A stretch of 64,000 bases of DNA from the NCBI GenBank assembly GCA_030390025.1, contig CM059433.1:32676001-32740000 (forward strand), in the 5' to 3' direction. The position numbers and the translations under genes were made by a program. The notes below the pieces were generated by a model. That model was given only the letters and a program-made list of their open reading frames with translations. It made no database searches and was not told the origin of the DNA. This stretch comes from Squalus acanthias (taxonomy: Eukaryota). Positions 47,701 to 62,700 of this stretch are shown here, piece by piece (the first letter of the stretch is position 1; every line of letters begins with the position of its first letter).

Positions 47701-50700
47701 ATAGAATCAATCACAGGATCAATCATATAATCAATCAAAGAATCAATCATTGAATCAATCATAAGATCAAGCATAGAATCAATCACACGATTAAACAGAA
47801 TCAATCTTAAAATCAAACATAGAATTAATCAAAGGATCAATCAAAGTATCAATCACAGGATCAATCATAGAATCAATCATAAAATCAATTAACTGATCAA
47901 TCATAGAATCAATCATAGGATCAATCATAGGATCAATCATAAAATCAATCTTAGAATCAATCATAGGATCAATCATTGAATCAATCATAGAAACAGCAAT
48001 AGCATCAATGATAGGATCAATAATAGGATCAATCATAGAAGCAATCATAGAATTACTCATAGGATCAATCCTAGAATCAATCAAAGGATCAATCATAGAA
48101 TCAATCACAGGATCAATCATAGAATCAATTATAGAATCAAACACCAGATCAATAATAGGATCAATCATAGAATCAATCATAGAATCAATCATAGCATCAA
48201 TCTTTGAATGTAAAACAGAATCAATCACATGATCAATCACAGGATCAATCATAGAATTAATCATACAAGCAATCATAGAATCAATCATAGAATCAATCAC
48301 AGGATGAATCATAGAATCAATCACAGGATCAATCATAGAATCAATCATAGAATCAATCATAGAATCAATCATGGAAGCAATCATAGAATCAGCAAAAGCA
48401 TCAATGATAGGATCAATAATAGAATCAATCACAGGATCAATCATAGAATCAATCACAGGATCAATCATAGGATCAATCACAGGATCAATCATAGGATCAA
48501 TAATAGAATCAATCATAGAATCAATCATTGGATCAATCATAGAATCAATCATAGAATCAATCACAGGATCAATCATAGAATCAATCACAGGATCAATCAT
48601 AGAATCAATCATAGAATCAATCAGAGGATCAATCATAGAATCAATCACAGGATCAATCATAGAAGCAACCACAGAAGCAATCATAGAAGCAATAATAGTA
48701 TCAATCAGAGAATCAATCAAAGGATCTATCATAGAATCAAACATAGAATCAATCATAGAAGCAAACATATAATCAATCATAGGATCAATCACAGGATCAA
48801 TCATAGAAGTAAACATAGAATTAATCATAGGATCAATCCTAGAATCAATCAAAGGATCAATCATAGAATCAATTATAGAATCAATAATAGAATCAATCAT
48901 AGAAGCAATCATAGAAGCAATCATAGAATCAATCATAGTATCAATCAGATAATCAATCAAAGGATCAATCATAGAATCAAACATAGAATCAATCCTAGAA
49001 GCAAACAAAGAATCAATCATAGGATCAATCACAGGATCAATCATAGAATAAATCATAGCATCAATCATAAAATCAAGCATAGGATCAATCACAGGATCAA
49101 TAATTGAATCAATCATAGAAACAGCAATAGCATCAATGATAGAATCAATAATAGACTCAATCACAGGATCAATCATCGAATCAATCACAGGATCAATCAT
49201 AGGATCAATCATAGAATCAATCATTGGATCAATCATAGAATCAATCACATAATCAATCATAGAATCAATCACAGGATCAATCATAGAATCAATCATAGAA
49301 TCAATCATAGGATCAATCACAGGATCAATCAAATAATTAATCATAGAATCAATCATAGGATCAATCATAGAATCAATCATAGAATCAATCACAGGATCAA
49401 TCATTGAATCAATCACAGGATCAATCATAGAATCAGTCATAGAATCAACCATAGAATCAATCATAGAAGCAATCATAGAAGCAATCATAGTATCAATCAT
49501 AGTATCAATCCGATAATCAATGAAAGGATCAATCATAGAATCAAACATAGGATCAATCCTAGAATCAATCATAGAAGCAATCAGATAATCAATGAAAGGA
49601 TCAATCATAGAATCAAACATAGGATCAATCCTAGAATCAATCAAAGGATCAATCATATAATCAATCACAGGATCAATCATAGAATCATTTATAGAATCAA
49701 TCACAGGATCAATCATAAAATCAATCACAGGATCAATCATAGAATCAATCATAGAATCAATCATAGAAGCAATCATAGAAGCAATCATAGAATCAATCAT
49801 AGTATCAATCATAGAATCAATCACAGGATCAATCACAGAAAAAATTATAGAATCAAACATCGGATCAATTATAGGATCAATCATAGAATCAATCATAGAA
49901 TCAATCACAGGATCAATCACTGAATCTAACACAGAATCAATCACACGATCAATCATAGGATTAATCATAGAATCAAACATAAAAATCAATCACAGGATCA
50001 TTCATAGAATCAATCATAGCAACAACCACAGGTTTAATCATAGTATCAATCATAGAATCAATCATAGAATCAATCACATAATAAATCATAGAATCAATAA
50101 TAAAATCAATCATAGGATCAATCACAGGATCAATCATTGAATCAATCACAGAATCAGCAAAAGCATCATTGATAGGATCAATAATAGAATGAATCACAGG
50201 ATCAATCATAGAATCAATCACAGGATCATTCATAGGATCAATCACAGGATCAATCATAGGATCAATCATAGAATCAATCATAGAAGCAATCATAGAATCA
50301 ATCATAGTATCAATCAGATAATCAATCACAGGATCAATCATAGAATAAATCATAGCATCAATCATAAAATCAATCATAGGATCAATCACAGGATCAATAA
50401 TTGAATCAATCATAGAAACAGCAATAGCATCAATGATAGAATCAACAATAGACTCAATCACAGGATCAATCATAGAATCAATCATAGGATCAATCACAGG
50501 ATCAATCAAAGAATTAATCATAGAATCAATCATAGGATCAACCATAGAATCAATCATAGTATCAATCACAGGATCAATCATTGAATCAATCACAGGATCA
50601 ATCATAGAATCAATCATAGAATCAATCATAGAAGCAATCAGATAATCAATGAAAGGATCAATCATAGAATCAAACATAGGATCAATCCTAGAATCAATCA

Positions 50701-53700
50701 CAGGATCAATCATAGAATCAATTATAGAATCAAACACCGGATCAATAATAGGATCAATCATAGAATCAATCATAGAATCAATCACAGGATCAATCATTGA
50801 ATCTAACATAGAATCAATCACACGATCAATCATAGGATTAATCATAGAATCAAACATACAATCAATCACAGGATCAATCAAAGAATTAATCATAGAATCA
50901 ATCATAGAAACAATCACAGGTTTAATCATAGTATCAATCATAGAATCAATCATAGAATCAATCATAGAATCAATCACAGGAATAATCATAGAATCAATCA
51001 TAGAATCAATCACAGGACCAATCATAGAATCAATCAGAAGATCCATCAGAGAACTAATCATAAAAAGCAATCATAGAATCAGTCATAGAATCAATCATAG
51101 AATCAATCAGAGAATCAATCGTAGAATCAATCATAGAAGCAATCATAGAATCAGCAAAAGCATCAATGATACGATCAACAATAGAATCATTAACAGGATC
51201 AATCATAGAATCAATCACAGGATCAATCATAGGATCAATCACTGGATCAATCATAGGATCAATCATAGATTCAATCATAGAATCAATCATTGGATCAATC
51301 ACAGGATCAATCATAGAATTAATCATAGAATCAATCACAGGATCAATCATAGAATCAATCACAGGATCAATCATAGAATCAATCATAGAATCAATCATAG
51401 GATCAATCACAGGATCAATCATAGAATTAATCATAGAATCAATCATAGGATCAATCATAGAATTAATCATAGAATCAATCACAGGATCAATCATAGAATC
51501 AATCATAGAACCAATCATAGAATCAATCATAGAAGCAATCAGAGAAGCAATCGTAGAATCAATCATTGTATCAATCAGATAACCAATCAAAGGATCAATC
51601 ATAGAATCAAACATAGAATGAATCCTAGAAGCAAACATAGGTTCAATCTCAGGATCAATAATTGAATCAATCATAGAAACAGCAATAGCATCAATGATAG
51701 AATCAATAATAGAATCAATCACAGGATCAATCATCGAATCAATCACAGGATCAATCATAGGATCAATCATAGAATCAATCATTGGATCAATCATAGAATC
51801 AATACATAATCAATCATAGAATCAATCACAGGATCAATCATAGAATCAATCAAAGGATCAATCACAGGATCAATCATTGAATCAATCATTGAATCAAACA
51901 TAGGATCAATCATAGAATAAATCATAGAAGCAATCATAAAATCAATCATAGGATCAATCACAGGATCAATCATTGAATCAATCATAGAATCAGCAAAAGC
52001 ATCAATGATAGGATCTATAATAGATTGAATCACAGGATCAATCATAGAATCAATCACAGGATCAATCAGAGGATCAATCATAGAATCAATCATTGGATCA
52101 ATCATAGAATCAATCATAGGATCAATCAGAAGATCCATGATAGAACTAATCATAAAAGCAATCATAGAATCAATCACAGGATCAATTCTAGAATCAATCA
52201 GAGAATCAATCATAGAATCAATCATAGAAGCAATCATAGAATCAGCAAAAGCATCAATGATACGATCAATAATAGAATCAATCACAGGATCAATCATAGA
52301 ATGAATCATAGGATCAATCATAGGATCAATCACAGGATCATTCATAGGATCAATCATAGAATCAAACATAGAATCAATCATTGGATCAATCACAGGATCA
52401 ATCATAGAATTAATCACAGGATCAATCATAGAATCAATCACAGGATCAATCATAGGATCAATCACAGTATCAATCATAGAATTAATCATAGAATCAATCA
52501 CAGGATCAATCATAGAATCAATCACAGGATCAATCATAGAATCAATCATAGAATCAATCATAGAATCAATCATAGAAGCAATCATAGAAGCAATCATAGA
52601 ATCAATCAGATAATCAATCAAAGGATCAATCATAGAATCAATCCTAGAATCAATCCTAGAAGTAAACATAGCATCAATCACAGGATCAATCATAGAACCA
52701 ATCACAGGATCAATCATAGAATCAATCATAGAATCAATCATAGAATCAATCATAGAAACAATCATAGAAGCAATCATAGAATCAATCATAGTATCAATCA
52801 AATAATCAATCAAAGGATTAATCATAGAATCAAACATAGAATCAATCCTAGAAGCAAACATAGAATCAATCATAGGATCAATCACAGGATCAATCATTGA
52901 AGCAATCATAGAATTAATCATAGGATCAATCCGAGAATCAATCAAAGGATGAATCATAGAATCAATCACAGGATCAATCATAGAATCAATTATAGAATCA
53001 ATCATTGGATTAATCAGAATCAATCTTAGAATCAATCATTGAATTAATCAAAGGATCAAGCAAAGTATCAATCACAGGATCAATCATAGAATCAATCATA
53101 AAATCAATTAACTGAGCAATCATAGAATCAATCATAGAATCAATCATAGGATCTGTCATAGAATCAATCACAGGATCAATCACAGGATCAATCATTGAAT
53201 CAATCAAAGAAGCAAACATAGGATCAATCATAGAATAAATCATAGAATCAATTATAAAATCAATCATAGGGTCAATCACAGGATCAATAACTGAATCAAT
53301 CATAGAAACAGCAATAGCATCAATGATAAGATCAATAATAGAATCAATCACAGGATCAATCATCGGATCAATCACAGGATCAATCATAGGATCAGTCATA
53401 GAATCAATCATTGGATCAATCATAGGATCAATCATAGAAGCAATCATAGAATTAATCATAGGATCAATCCTAGAATCAATCAAAGGATCAATCATAGAAT
53501 CAATCACAGGATCAATCATAGAATCAATTATAGAATCATACACCAGATCAATAATAGGATCAATCATAGAATCAATCATATAATCAATCATAGAAGCAAT
53601 CCGAGAAGCAATCGTAGAATCAATCATAGTATCAATCAGATAACCAATCAAGGGATCAATCATAGAATCAAACATAGAATCAATCCTAGAAGCAAACATA

Positions 53701-56700
53701 GGATCAATCTCAGGATCAATAATTGAATCAAACATAGAAACAGCAATAGCATCAATGATAGAATCAATAATAGAATCAATCACAGGATCAATCATCGAAT
53801 CAATCACAGGATCAATCATAGGATCAATCATAGAATCAATCATTGGATCAATCATAGAATCAATCACAGGATCAATCACAGGATCAATCATTGAATCAAT
53901 CATTGAATCAAACATAGGCTCAATCATAGAATAAATCATAGAAGCAATCATAAAATCAATCATAGGATCAATCACAGGATCAATCATTGAAACAATCATA
54001 GATTCAGCAAAAGCATCAATGATAGGATCAAAAATAGAATGAATCACAGGATCAATCATAGAATCAATCACAGGATCAATCATAGGATCAATCACAGGAT
54101 CAATCACAGGATCAATCATAGAATCAATCATTGGATATATCATAGAATCAATCATAGGATCAATCAGAAGATCCATGATAGAACTAATCATAAAAGCAAT
54201 CATAGAATCAATCACAGGATCAATTCTAGAATCAATCAGAGAATCAATCATAGAATCAATCATAGAAGCAATCATAGAATCAGCAAAAGCATCAATGATA
54301 CGATCAATAATAGAATCAATCACAGAGAATCAATCATAGAATCAATCACAGGATCATTCATAGGATCAATCATAGAATCAATTATTGGATCAATCACAGG
54401 ATCAATCATAGAATTAATCATAGAATCAATCATTGGATCAATCATAGAATCAATCATAGAATCAATCACAGGATCAATCATAGAATCAATCATAGAATCA
54501 ATCATAGGATCAATCATAGAATCAATCATAGAATCAATCATAGAATCAATCATAGAAGCAATCATAGAAGCAATTATAGAATCAATCATAGTATCAATCA
54601 GATAATCAATCAAAGGATCAATCATAGAATCAAGCATAGAATCAATCATAGAAGCAAACATAGAGTAATCACAGGATCAATCATAGAACCAATCACAGGA
54701 TCAATCATAGAATCAATCATAGAATCAATCATAGAAACAATCATAGAAGCAATCATAGAACCAATCATAGTATCAATCAGATAATCAATCAAAGGATCAA
54801 TCATAGAATCAAACATAAATTCAATCCTAGAAGCAAACATAGAATCAATCATAGGATCAATCACAGGATCAATCATTGAAGCAATCATAGAATTAATCAT
54901 AGGATCAATCCTAGAATCAATCAAAGGATGAATCATAGAATCAATCACAGGATCAATCATAGAATCAATTATAGAATCAAACACCGGATCAATAATAGGA
55001 TCAATCATAGAATCAATCACAAGATTAATCAGAATCAATCTTAGAATCAATCATTGAATTAATCAAAGGATCAAGCAAAGTATCAATCACAGGATCAATC
55101 ATAGAATCAATCATAAAATCAATTAACTGAGCAATCATAGAATCAATCATAGAATCAATCATAGGATCAGTCATAGAATCAATCACAGGATCAATCACAG
55201 GATCAATCATTGAATCAATCAAAGAAGCAAACATAGGATCAATCATAGAATAAATCATAGAATCAATCATAAAATCAATAATAGGGTCAATCACAGGATC
55301 AATAACTGAATCAATCATAGAAACAGCAATAGCATCAATGATAAGATCAATAATAGAATCAATCACAGGATCAATCATCGAATCAATCACAGGATCAATC
55401 ATAGGATCAGTCATAGAATCAATCATTGGATCAATCATAGGATCAATCATAGAAGCAATCATAGAATTAATCATAGGATTAAACCTAGAATCAATCAAAG
55501 GATCAATCATAGAATCAATCATAGAATCAATCACAGCATCAATCATTGATTCTAACATAGAATCAATCACATGATCAATCATAGGATCAATCATAGAATC
55601 AAACATCCAATCAATCACAGGATCAGTCATAGAATCAATCATAGAATCAATCACCGGATCAATAATAGGATCAATCATAGAATCAATCATAGAAACAATC
55701 ACAGGTTTAATCATAGTATCAATCATTGGATCAATCATAGAATCAATCACATAATCAATCATAGAATCAATCACAGGATCAATCATAGAATCAATCAAAG
55801 AATCAATCATTGAATCAATCATAGGATCAAGCATAGAATCAATCACAGGATTAAACAGAATCAATCATAAAATTAATCAAAGGATCAAGCAAAGTTTCAA
55901 TCACAGCATCAATCATAGAATCAATCATAAAAACGTTTAACTGATCAATCATAGAATCAATCAGAGATCAATCATAGAATTAATCAGAGGATCAAGCAAA
56001 GTATCAATCACAGGATCAATCATAGAATCAATCATAAAATCAATTAACTGATCAATCATAGAATCAATCATAGGATCAATCATAGGATCAATCATAAAAT
56101 CAATCTTTGAATCAATCATAGGATCAATCATTGAATCAATCATAGAAACAGCAATAGCATCAATGATAGGATCAATAATAGGATCAATCATAGAAGCAAT
56201 CATAGAATTAATCATAGGATCAATCCTAGAATCAAGCAAAGGATCAATCATAGAATCAATCACAGGATCAATCATAGAATCAATTATAGAATCAAACACC
56301 AGATCAATAATAGGATCAATCATAGAATCAATCATAGAATCAATCATAGCATCATTCTTTGAATGTAAAACAGAATCAATCACATGATGAATCACAGGAT
56401 CATTCATAGGATCAATCATAGAATCAAACATAGAATCAATCATTGGATCAATCACAGGATCAATCATAGAATCAATCACAGGATCAATCATAGAATCAAT
56501 CACAGGATCAATCAGAGGATCAATCACAGTATCAATCATAGAATTAATCATAGAATCAATCACAGGATCAATCATAGAATCAATTATAGAATCAAACACC
56601 AGATCAATAATAGGATCAATCATAGAATCAATCATAGAATCAATCATAGCATCATTCTTTGAATGTAAAACAGAATCAATCACATGATGAATCACAGGAT

Positions 56701-59700
56701 CATTCATAGGATCAATCATAGAATCAAACATAGAATCAATCATTGGATCAATCACAGGATCAATCATAGAATCAATCACAGGATCAATCATAGAATCAAT
56801 CACAGGATCAATCAGAGGATCAATCACAGTATCAATCATAGAATTAATCATAGAATCAATCACAGGATCAATCATAGAATCAATCACAGGATCAATCATA
56901 GAATCAATCATAGAATCAATCATAGAATCAATCATAGAATCAAGCATACAATCAATCCTAGAAGCAAACATAGAATCAATCACAGGATCAATCATAGAAC
57001 CAATCACAGGATCAATCATAGAATCAATCATAGAATCAATCATAGAATCAATCATAGAAACAATCATAGAAGCAATCATAGAATCAATCATAGTATCAAT
57101 CAAATAATCAATCAAAGGATTAATCATAGAATCAAACATAGAATCAATCCTAGAAGCAAACATAGAATCAATCATAGGATCAATCACAGGATCAATCATT
57201 GAAGCAATCATAGAATTAATCATAGGATCAATCCTAGAATCAATCAAAGGATGAATCATAGAATCAATCACAGGATCAATCATAGAATCAATTATAGAAT
57301 CAAACACCGGATCAATAATAGGATCAATCATAGAATCAATCACAAGATTAATCAGAATCAATCTTAGAATCAATCATTGAATTAATCAAAGGATCAAGCA
57401 AAGTATCAATCACAGGATCAATCATAGAATCAATCATAAAATCAATTAACTGAGCAATCATAGAATCAATCATAGAATCAATCATAGGATCTGTCATAGA
57501 ATCAATCACAGGATCAATCACAGGATCAATCATTGAATCAATCAAAGAAGCAAACATAGGATCAATCATAGAATAAATCATAGAATCAATTATAAAATCA
57601 ATCATAGGGTCAATCACAGGATCAATAACTGAATCAATCATAGAAACAGCAGTAGCATCAATGATAAGATCAATAATAGAATCAATCACAGGATCAATCA
57701 TCGAATCAATCACAGGATCAATCATAGGATCAGTCATAGAATCAATCATTGGATCAATCATAGGATCAATCATAGAAGCAATCATAGAATTAATCATAGG
57801 ATCAATCCTAGAATCAATCAAAGGATCAATCATAGAATCAATCATAGAAACAGCAATAGCATCAATGATAGGATCAATAATAGGATCAATCATAGAAGCA
57901 ATCATAGAATTAATCATAGGATCAATCCTAGAATCAAGCAAAGGATCAATCATAGAATCAATCACAGGATCAATCATAGAATCAATTATAGAATCAAACA
58001 CCAGATCAATAATAGGATCAATCATAGAATCAATCATAGAATCAATCATAGCATCATTCTTTGAATGTAAAACAGAATCAATCACATGATGAATCACAGG
58101 ATCATTCATAGGATCAATCATAGAATCAAACATAGAATCAATCATTGGATCAATCACAGGATCAATCATAGAATCAATCACAGGATCAATCATAGAATCA
58201 ATCACAGGATCAATCAGAGGATCAATCACAGTATCAATCATAGAATTAATCATAGAATCAATCACAGGATCAATCATAGAATCAATTATAGAATCAAACA
58301 CCAGATCAATAATAGGATCAATCATAGAATCAATCATAGAATCAATCATAGCATCATTCTTTGAATGTAAAACAGAATCAATCACATGATGAATCACAGG
58401 ATCATTCATAGGATCAATCATAGAATCAAACATAGAATCAATCATTGGATCAATCACAGGATCAATCATAGAATCAATCACAGGATCAATCATAGAATCA
58501 ATCACAGGATCAATCAGAGGATCAATCACAGCATCAATCATAGAATTAATCATAGAATCAATCACAGGATCAATCATAGAATCAATCACAGGATCAATCA
58601 TAGAATCAATCATAGAATCAATCATAGAATCAATCATAGAATCAAGCATACAATCAATCCTAGAAGCAAACATAGAATCAATCACAGGATCAATCATAGA
58701 ACCAATCACAGGATCAATCATAGAATCAATCATAGAATCAATCATAGAATCAATCATAGAAACAATCATAGAAGCAATCATAGAATCAATCATAGTATCA
58801 ATCAAATAATCAATCAAAGGATTAATCATAGAATCAAACATAGAATCAATCCTAGAAGCAAACATAGAATCAATCATAGGATCAATCACAGGATCAATCA
58901 TTGAAGCAATCATAGAATTAATCATAGGATCAATCCTAGAATCAATCAAAGGATGAATCATAGAATCAATCACAGGATCAATCATAGAATCAATTATAGA
59001 ATCAAACACCGGATCAATAATAGGATCAATCATAGAATCAATCACAAGATTAATCAGAATCAATCTTAGAATCAATCATTGAATTAATCAAAGGATCAAG
59101 CAAAGTATCAATCACAGGATCAATCATAGAATCAATCATAAAATCAATTAACTGAGCAATCATAGAATCAATCATAGAATCAATCATAGGATCTGTCATA
59201 GAATCAATCACAGGATCAATCACAGGATCAATCATTGAATCAATCAAAGAAGCAAACATAGGATCAATCATAGAATAAATCATAGAATCAATTATAAAAT
59301 CAATCATAGGGTCAATCACAGGATCAATAACTGAATCAATCATAGAAACAGCAATAGCATCAATGATAAGATCAATAATAGAATCAATCACAGGATCAAT
59401 CATCGAATCAATCACAGGATCAATCATAGGATCAGTCATAGAATCAATCATTGGATCAATCATAGGATCAATCATAGAAGCAATCATAGAATTAATCATA
59501 GAATAAATCCTAGAATCAATCAAAGGATCAATCATAGAATCAATCACAGGATCAATCATAGAATCAATTATAGAATCAAACACCAGATCAATAATAGGAT
59601 CAATCATAGAATCAATCATATAATCAATCATAGAAGCAATCAGAGAAGCAATCGTAGAATCAATCATAGTATCAATCAGATAACCAATCAAGGGATCAAT

Positions 59701-62700
59701 CCTAGAAGCAAACATAGGATCAATCTCAGGATCAATAATTGAATCAAACATAGAAACAGCAATAGCATCAATGATAGAATCAATAATAGAATCAATCACA
59801 GGATCAATCATCGAATCAATCACAGGATCAATCATAGGATCAATCATAGAATCAATCATAGGATCTGTCATAGAATCAATCACAGGATCAATCACAGGAT
59901 CAATCATTGAATCAATCAAAGAAGCAAACATAGGATCAATCATAGAATAAATCATAGAATCAATTATAAAATCAATCATAGGGTCAATCACAGGATCAAT
60001 AACTGAATCAATCATAGAAACAGCAGTAGCATCAATGATAAGATCAATAATAGAATCAATCACAGGATCAATCATCGAATCAATCACAGGATCAATCATA
60101 GGATCAGTCATAGAATCAATCATTGGATCAATCATAGGATCAATCATAGAAGCAATCATAGAATTAATCATAGGATCAATCCTAGAATCAATCAAAGGAT
60201 CAATCATAGAATCAATCATAGAAACAGCAATAGCATCAATGATAGGATCAATAATAGGATCAATCATAGAAGCAATCATAGAATTAATCATAGGATCAAT
60301 CCTAGAATCAAGCAAAGGATCAATCATAGAATCAATCACAGGATCAATCATAGAATCAATTATAGAATCAAACACCAGATCAATAATAGGATCAATCATA
60401 GAATCAATCATAGAATCAATCATAGCATCATTCTTTGAATGTAAAACAGAATCAATCACATGATGAATCACAGGATCATTCATAGGATCAATCATAGAAT
60501 CAAACATAGAATCAATCATTGGATCAATCACAGGATCAATCATAGAATCAATCACAGGATCAATCATAGAATCAATCACAGGATCAATCAGAGGATCAAT
60601 CACAGTATCAATCATAGAATTAATCATAGAATCAATCACAGGATCAATCATAGAATCAATTATAGAATCAAACACCAGATCAATAATAGGATCAATCATA
60701 GAATCAATCATAGAATCAATCATAGCATCATTCTTTGAATGTAAAACAGAATCAATCACATGATGAATCACAGGATCATTCATAGGATCAATCATAGAAT
60801 CAAACATAGAATCAATCATTGGATCAATCACAGGATCAATCATAGAATCAATCACAGGATCAATCATAGAATCAATCACAGGATCAATCAGAGGATCAAT
60901 CACAGCATCAATCATAGAATTAATCATAGAATCAATCACAGGATCAATCATAGAATCAATCACAGGATCAATCATAGAATCAATCATAGAATCAATCATA
61001 GAATCAATCATAGAATCAAGCATACAATCAATCCTAGAAGCAAACATAGAATCAATCACAGGATCAATCATAGAACCAATCACAGGATCAATCATAGAAT
61101 CAATCATAGAATCAATCATAGAATCAATCATAGAAACAATCATAGAAGCAATCATAGAATCAATCATAGTATCAATCAAATAATCAATCAAAGGATTAAT
61201 CATAGAATCAAACATAGAATCAATCCTAGAAGCAAACATAGAATCAATCATAGGATCAATCACAGGATCAATCATTGAAGCAATCATAGAATTAATCATA
61301 GGATCAATCCTAGAATCAATCAAAGGATGAATCATAGAATCAATCACAGGATCAATCATAGAATCAATTATAGAATCAAACACCGGATCAATAATAGGAT
61401 CAATCATAGAATCAATCACAAGATTAATCAGAATCAATCTTAGAATCAATCATTGAATTAATCAAAGGATCAAGCAAAGTATCAATCACAGGATCAATCA
61501 TAGAATCAATCATAAAATCAATTAACTGAGCAATCATAGAATCAATCATAGAATCAATCATAGGATCTGTCATAGAATCAATCACAGGATCAATCACAGG
61601 ATCAATCATTGAATCAATCAAAGAAGCAAACATAGGATCAATCATAGAATAAATCATAGAATCAATTATAAAATCAATCATAGGGTCAATCACAGGATCA
61701 ATAACTGAATCAATCATAGAAACAGCAATAGCATCAATGATAAGATCAATAATAGAATCAATCACAGGATCAATCATCGAATCAATCACAGGATCAATCA
61801 TAGGATCAGTCATAGAATCAATCATTGGATCAATCATAGGATCAATCATAGAAGCAATCATAGAATTAATCATAGAATAAATCCTAGAATCAATCAAAGG
61901 ATCAATCATAGAATCAATCACAGGATCAATCATAGAATCAATTATAGAATCAAACACCAGATCAATAATAGGATCAATCATAGAATCAATCATATAATCA
62001 ATCATAGAAGCAATCAGAGAAGCAATCGTAGAATCAATCATAGTATCAATCAGATAACCAATCAAGGGATCAATCCTAGAAGCAAACATAGGATCAATCT
62101 CAGGATCAATAATTGAATCAAACATAGAAACAGCAATAGCATCAATGATAGAATCAATAATAGAATCAATCACAGGATCAATCATCGAATCAATCACAGG
62201 ATCAATCATAGGATCAATCATAGAATCAATCATTGGATCAATCATAGAATCAATCACAGGATCAATCACAGGATCAATCATTGAATCAATCATTGAATCA
62301 AACATAGGCTCAATCATAGAATAAATCATAGAAGCAATCATAAAATCAATCATAGGATCAATCACAGGATCAATCATTGAAACAATCATAGATTCAGCAA
62401 AAGCATCAATGATAGGATCAAAAATAGAATGAATCACAGGATCAATCATAGAATCAATCACAGGATCAATCATAGGATCAATCACAGGATCAATCATAGG
62501 ATCAATCATAGAATCAATCATTGGATATATCATAGAATCAATCATAGGATCAATCAGAAGATCCATGATAGAACTAATCATAAAAGCAATCATAGAATCA
62601 ATCACAGGATCAAGTCTAGAATCAATCAGAGAATCAATCATAGAATCAATCATAGAAGCAATCATAGAATCAGCAAAAGCATCAATGATACGATCAATAA